Source: an uncultured Verrucomicrobiae bacterium
Lineage (GTDB): Bacteria; Verrucomicrobiota; Verrucomicrobiia; Chthoniobacterales; JAFAMB01
Length of the DNA stretch: 64,000 nucleotides
Reading direction: 5' to 3'
Assembly (NCBI GenBank): GCA_963837955.1
Contig: CAWIPH010000002.1
Coordinates: 224,001-288,000, forward strand
The translations under genes and the position numbers were made by a program. Positions 63,163 through 64,000 of this stretch are shown here, piece by piece. The notes beneath the pieces were generated by a model. The model was not told the origin of the DNA and made no database searches. It was given only the letters and a program-made list of their open reading frames with translations. Numbering within the stretch: the stretch's first letter is position 1; each line of letters opens with the position of its first letter.

Positions 63163-64000
63163 ATGGCATCGTCCGGATTTGTCACAAACGGATTTTGCGA
63201 AACAATCGGGCGAACACCGTTGATTCGTTTGCGCGTCCTGTCCGATGCTACCGGTTGCGAGATCTGGGGTAAGGCGGAATTCCTTAACCCAGGCGGATCG
63301 GTGAAGGACCGAGCTGCGCTCGGTATTGTCCTTGACGGCGAGGCGTCAGGAGCGTTGAAGCCGGGTGGAACAATCGTCGAAGGCACCGCAGGTAATACCG
63401 GCATCGGATTGGCTTTAGTTGGAAATGCTCGAGGCTATCGCACCATTATCGTAATTCCGGAAAACCAATCTAAGGAGAAGATTGATGGACTTCGGGCGAT
63501 GGGCGCGGAGGTAAAGACTGTCCCCGAAAAGCCCTATAAAGATCCCGACAATTACATCCACATCTCCCAGAGGGTCGCCGAACAAACGCCGAACGGTTTT
63601 TGGGCTAATCAGTTCGATAACGTTGCTAACAGGGCGGCCCACTATCGAACAACCGGGCCTGAGCTCTGGTATCAAACTGACCGGAAAATCACCGGATTTG
63701 TTGCATCGGTTGGTACAGGCGGAACGCTCGCCGGAGTCTCGCTCTATCTGAAGGAACAGAACCCCAATATCCGGATTGTCTGTGCTGATCCGTATGGCGC
63801 GGCGATCTGGTCATGGGTGAAGCACGGCCACACAGAAATTAACGACGGTGATTCGGTGGCGGAAGGCATCGGTCAGAGTCGGGTGACCAAGAATCTGGAA
63901 GGAGTGCAGATCGACGAGGCATACCGCGTTTCTGACGACGTTGCAGTGGAAATGCTCTATCACTTGTTGCACGCGGAGGGGCTCTTTCTCAGTCTGTCCT
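63163..64000 (+). CDS. cysK: Cysteine synthase (partial, runs off the window)
   Basis: TIGRTPLIRL, KAEFLNPGGSVKDR, EGTAGNTGIGLA, NQFDN, VGTGGT, EGIG. Confidence 0.92.
   Translation, partial: MASSGFVTNGFCETIGRTPLIRLRVLSDATGCEIWGKAEFLNPGGSVKDRAALGIVLDGEASGALKPGGTIVEGTAGNTGIGLALVGNARGYRTIIVIPENQSKEKIDGLRAMGAEVKTVPEKPYKDPDNYIHISQRVAEQTPNGFWANQFDNVANRAAHYRTTGPELWYQTDRKITGFVASVGTGGTLAGVSLYLKEQNPNIRIVCADPYGAAIWSWVKHGHTEINDGDSVAEGIGQSRVTKNLEGVQIDEAYRVSDDVAVEMLYHLLHAEGLFLSLS

Overview
A 64-kb, gene-dense core-genome window from a bacterium that is most likely a member of the Verrucomicrobiota (PVC group). The taxonomy is inferred from the stand-alone SWIB and PUR-repeat proteins, the dksA-rpmG-rpsR and coaE-rho gene order, and MqnD. 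It holds housekeeping genes: leuD, cysS, ispF, suhB, coaC, yicC, carB, trpS, the complete atpBEFHAGDC operon, hisD, mqnD, rpsA, rpsR, rpmG, dksA, prmA, argS, phoU, coaE, rho, rnd, aroF, nth and a partial cysK. It also has glycosyltransferases, a GH57 branching enzyme and a DUF1800/DUF1501 pair. I recognised no tRNA, rRNA, CRISPR array, transposase or prophage. The most notable signals lie outside the ORF track. (1) A 31-codon leader peptide ending FFYYWRFFFGF, followed by mutually exclusive hairpins, sits directly upstream of DAHP synthase. It is a candidate attenuator sensing Phe, Tyr and Trp together, possibly Rho-dependent. (2) A 43-aa stand-alone PAKK histone-H1-like gene has its own terminator. 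(3) A glycogen synthase paralog is catalytically degenerate. (4) A perfect Rex/CRP-type palindrome lies before the atp operon and an 11-bp tandem Pho-box-like repeat lies before phoU. (5) Several families of REP/REPIN-like palindromes and inverted heptamer arrays fill the intergenic gaps. (6) A ~145-nt segment bounded by an inverted repeat may be a 6S-like RNA or an invertible segment.
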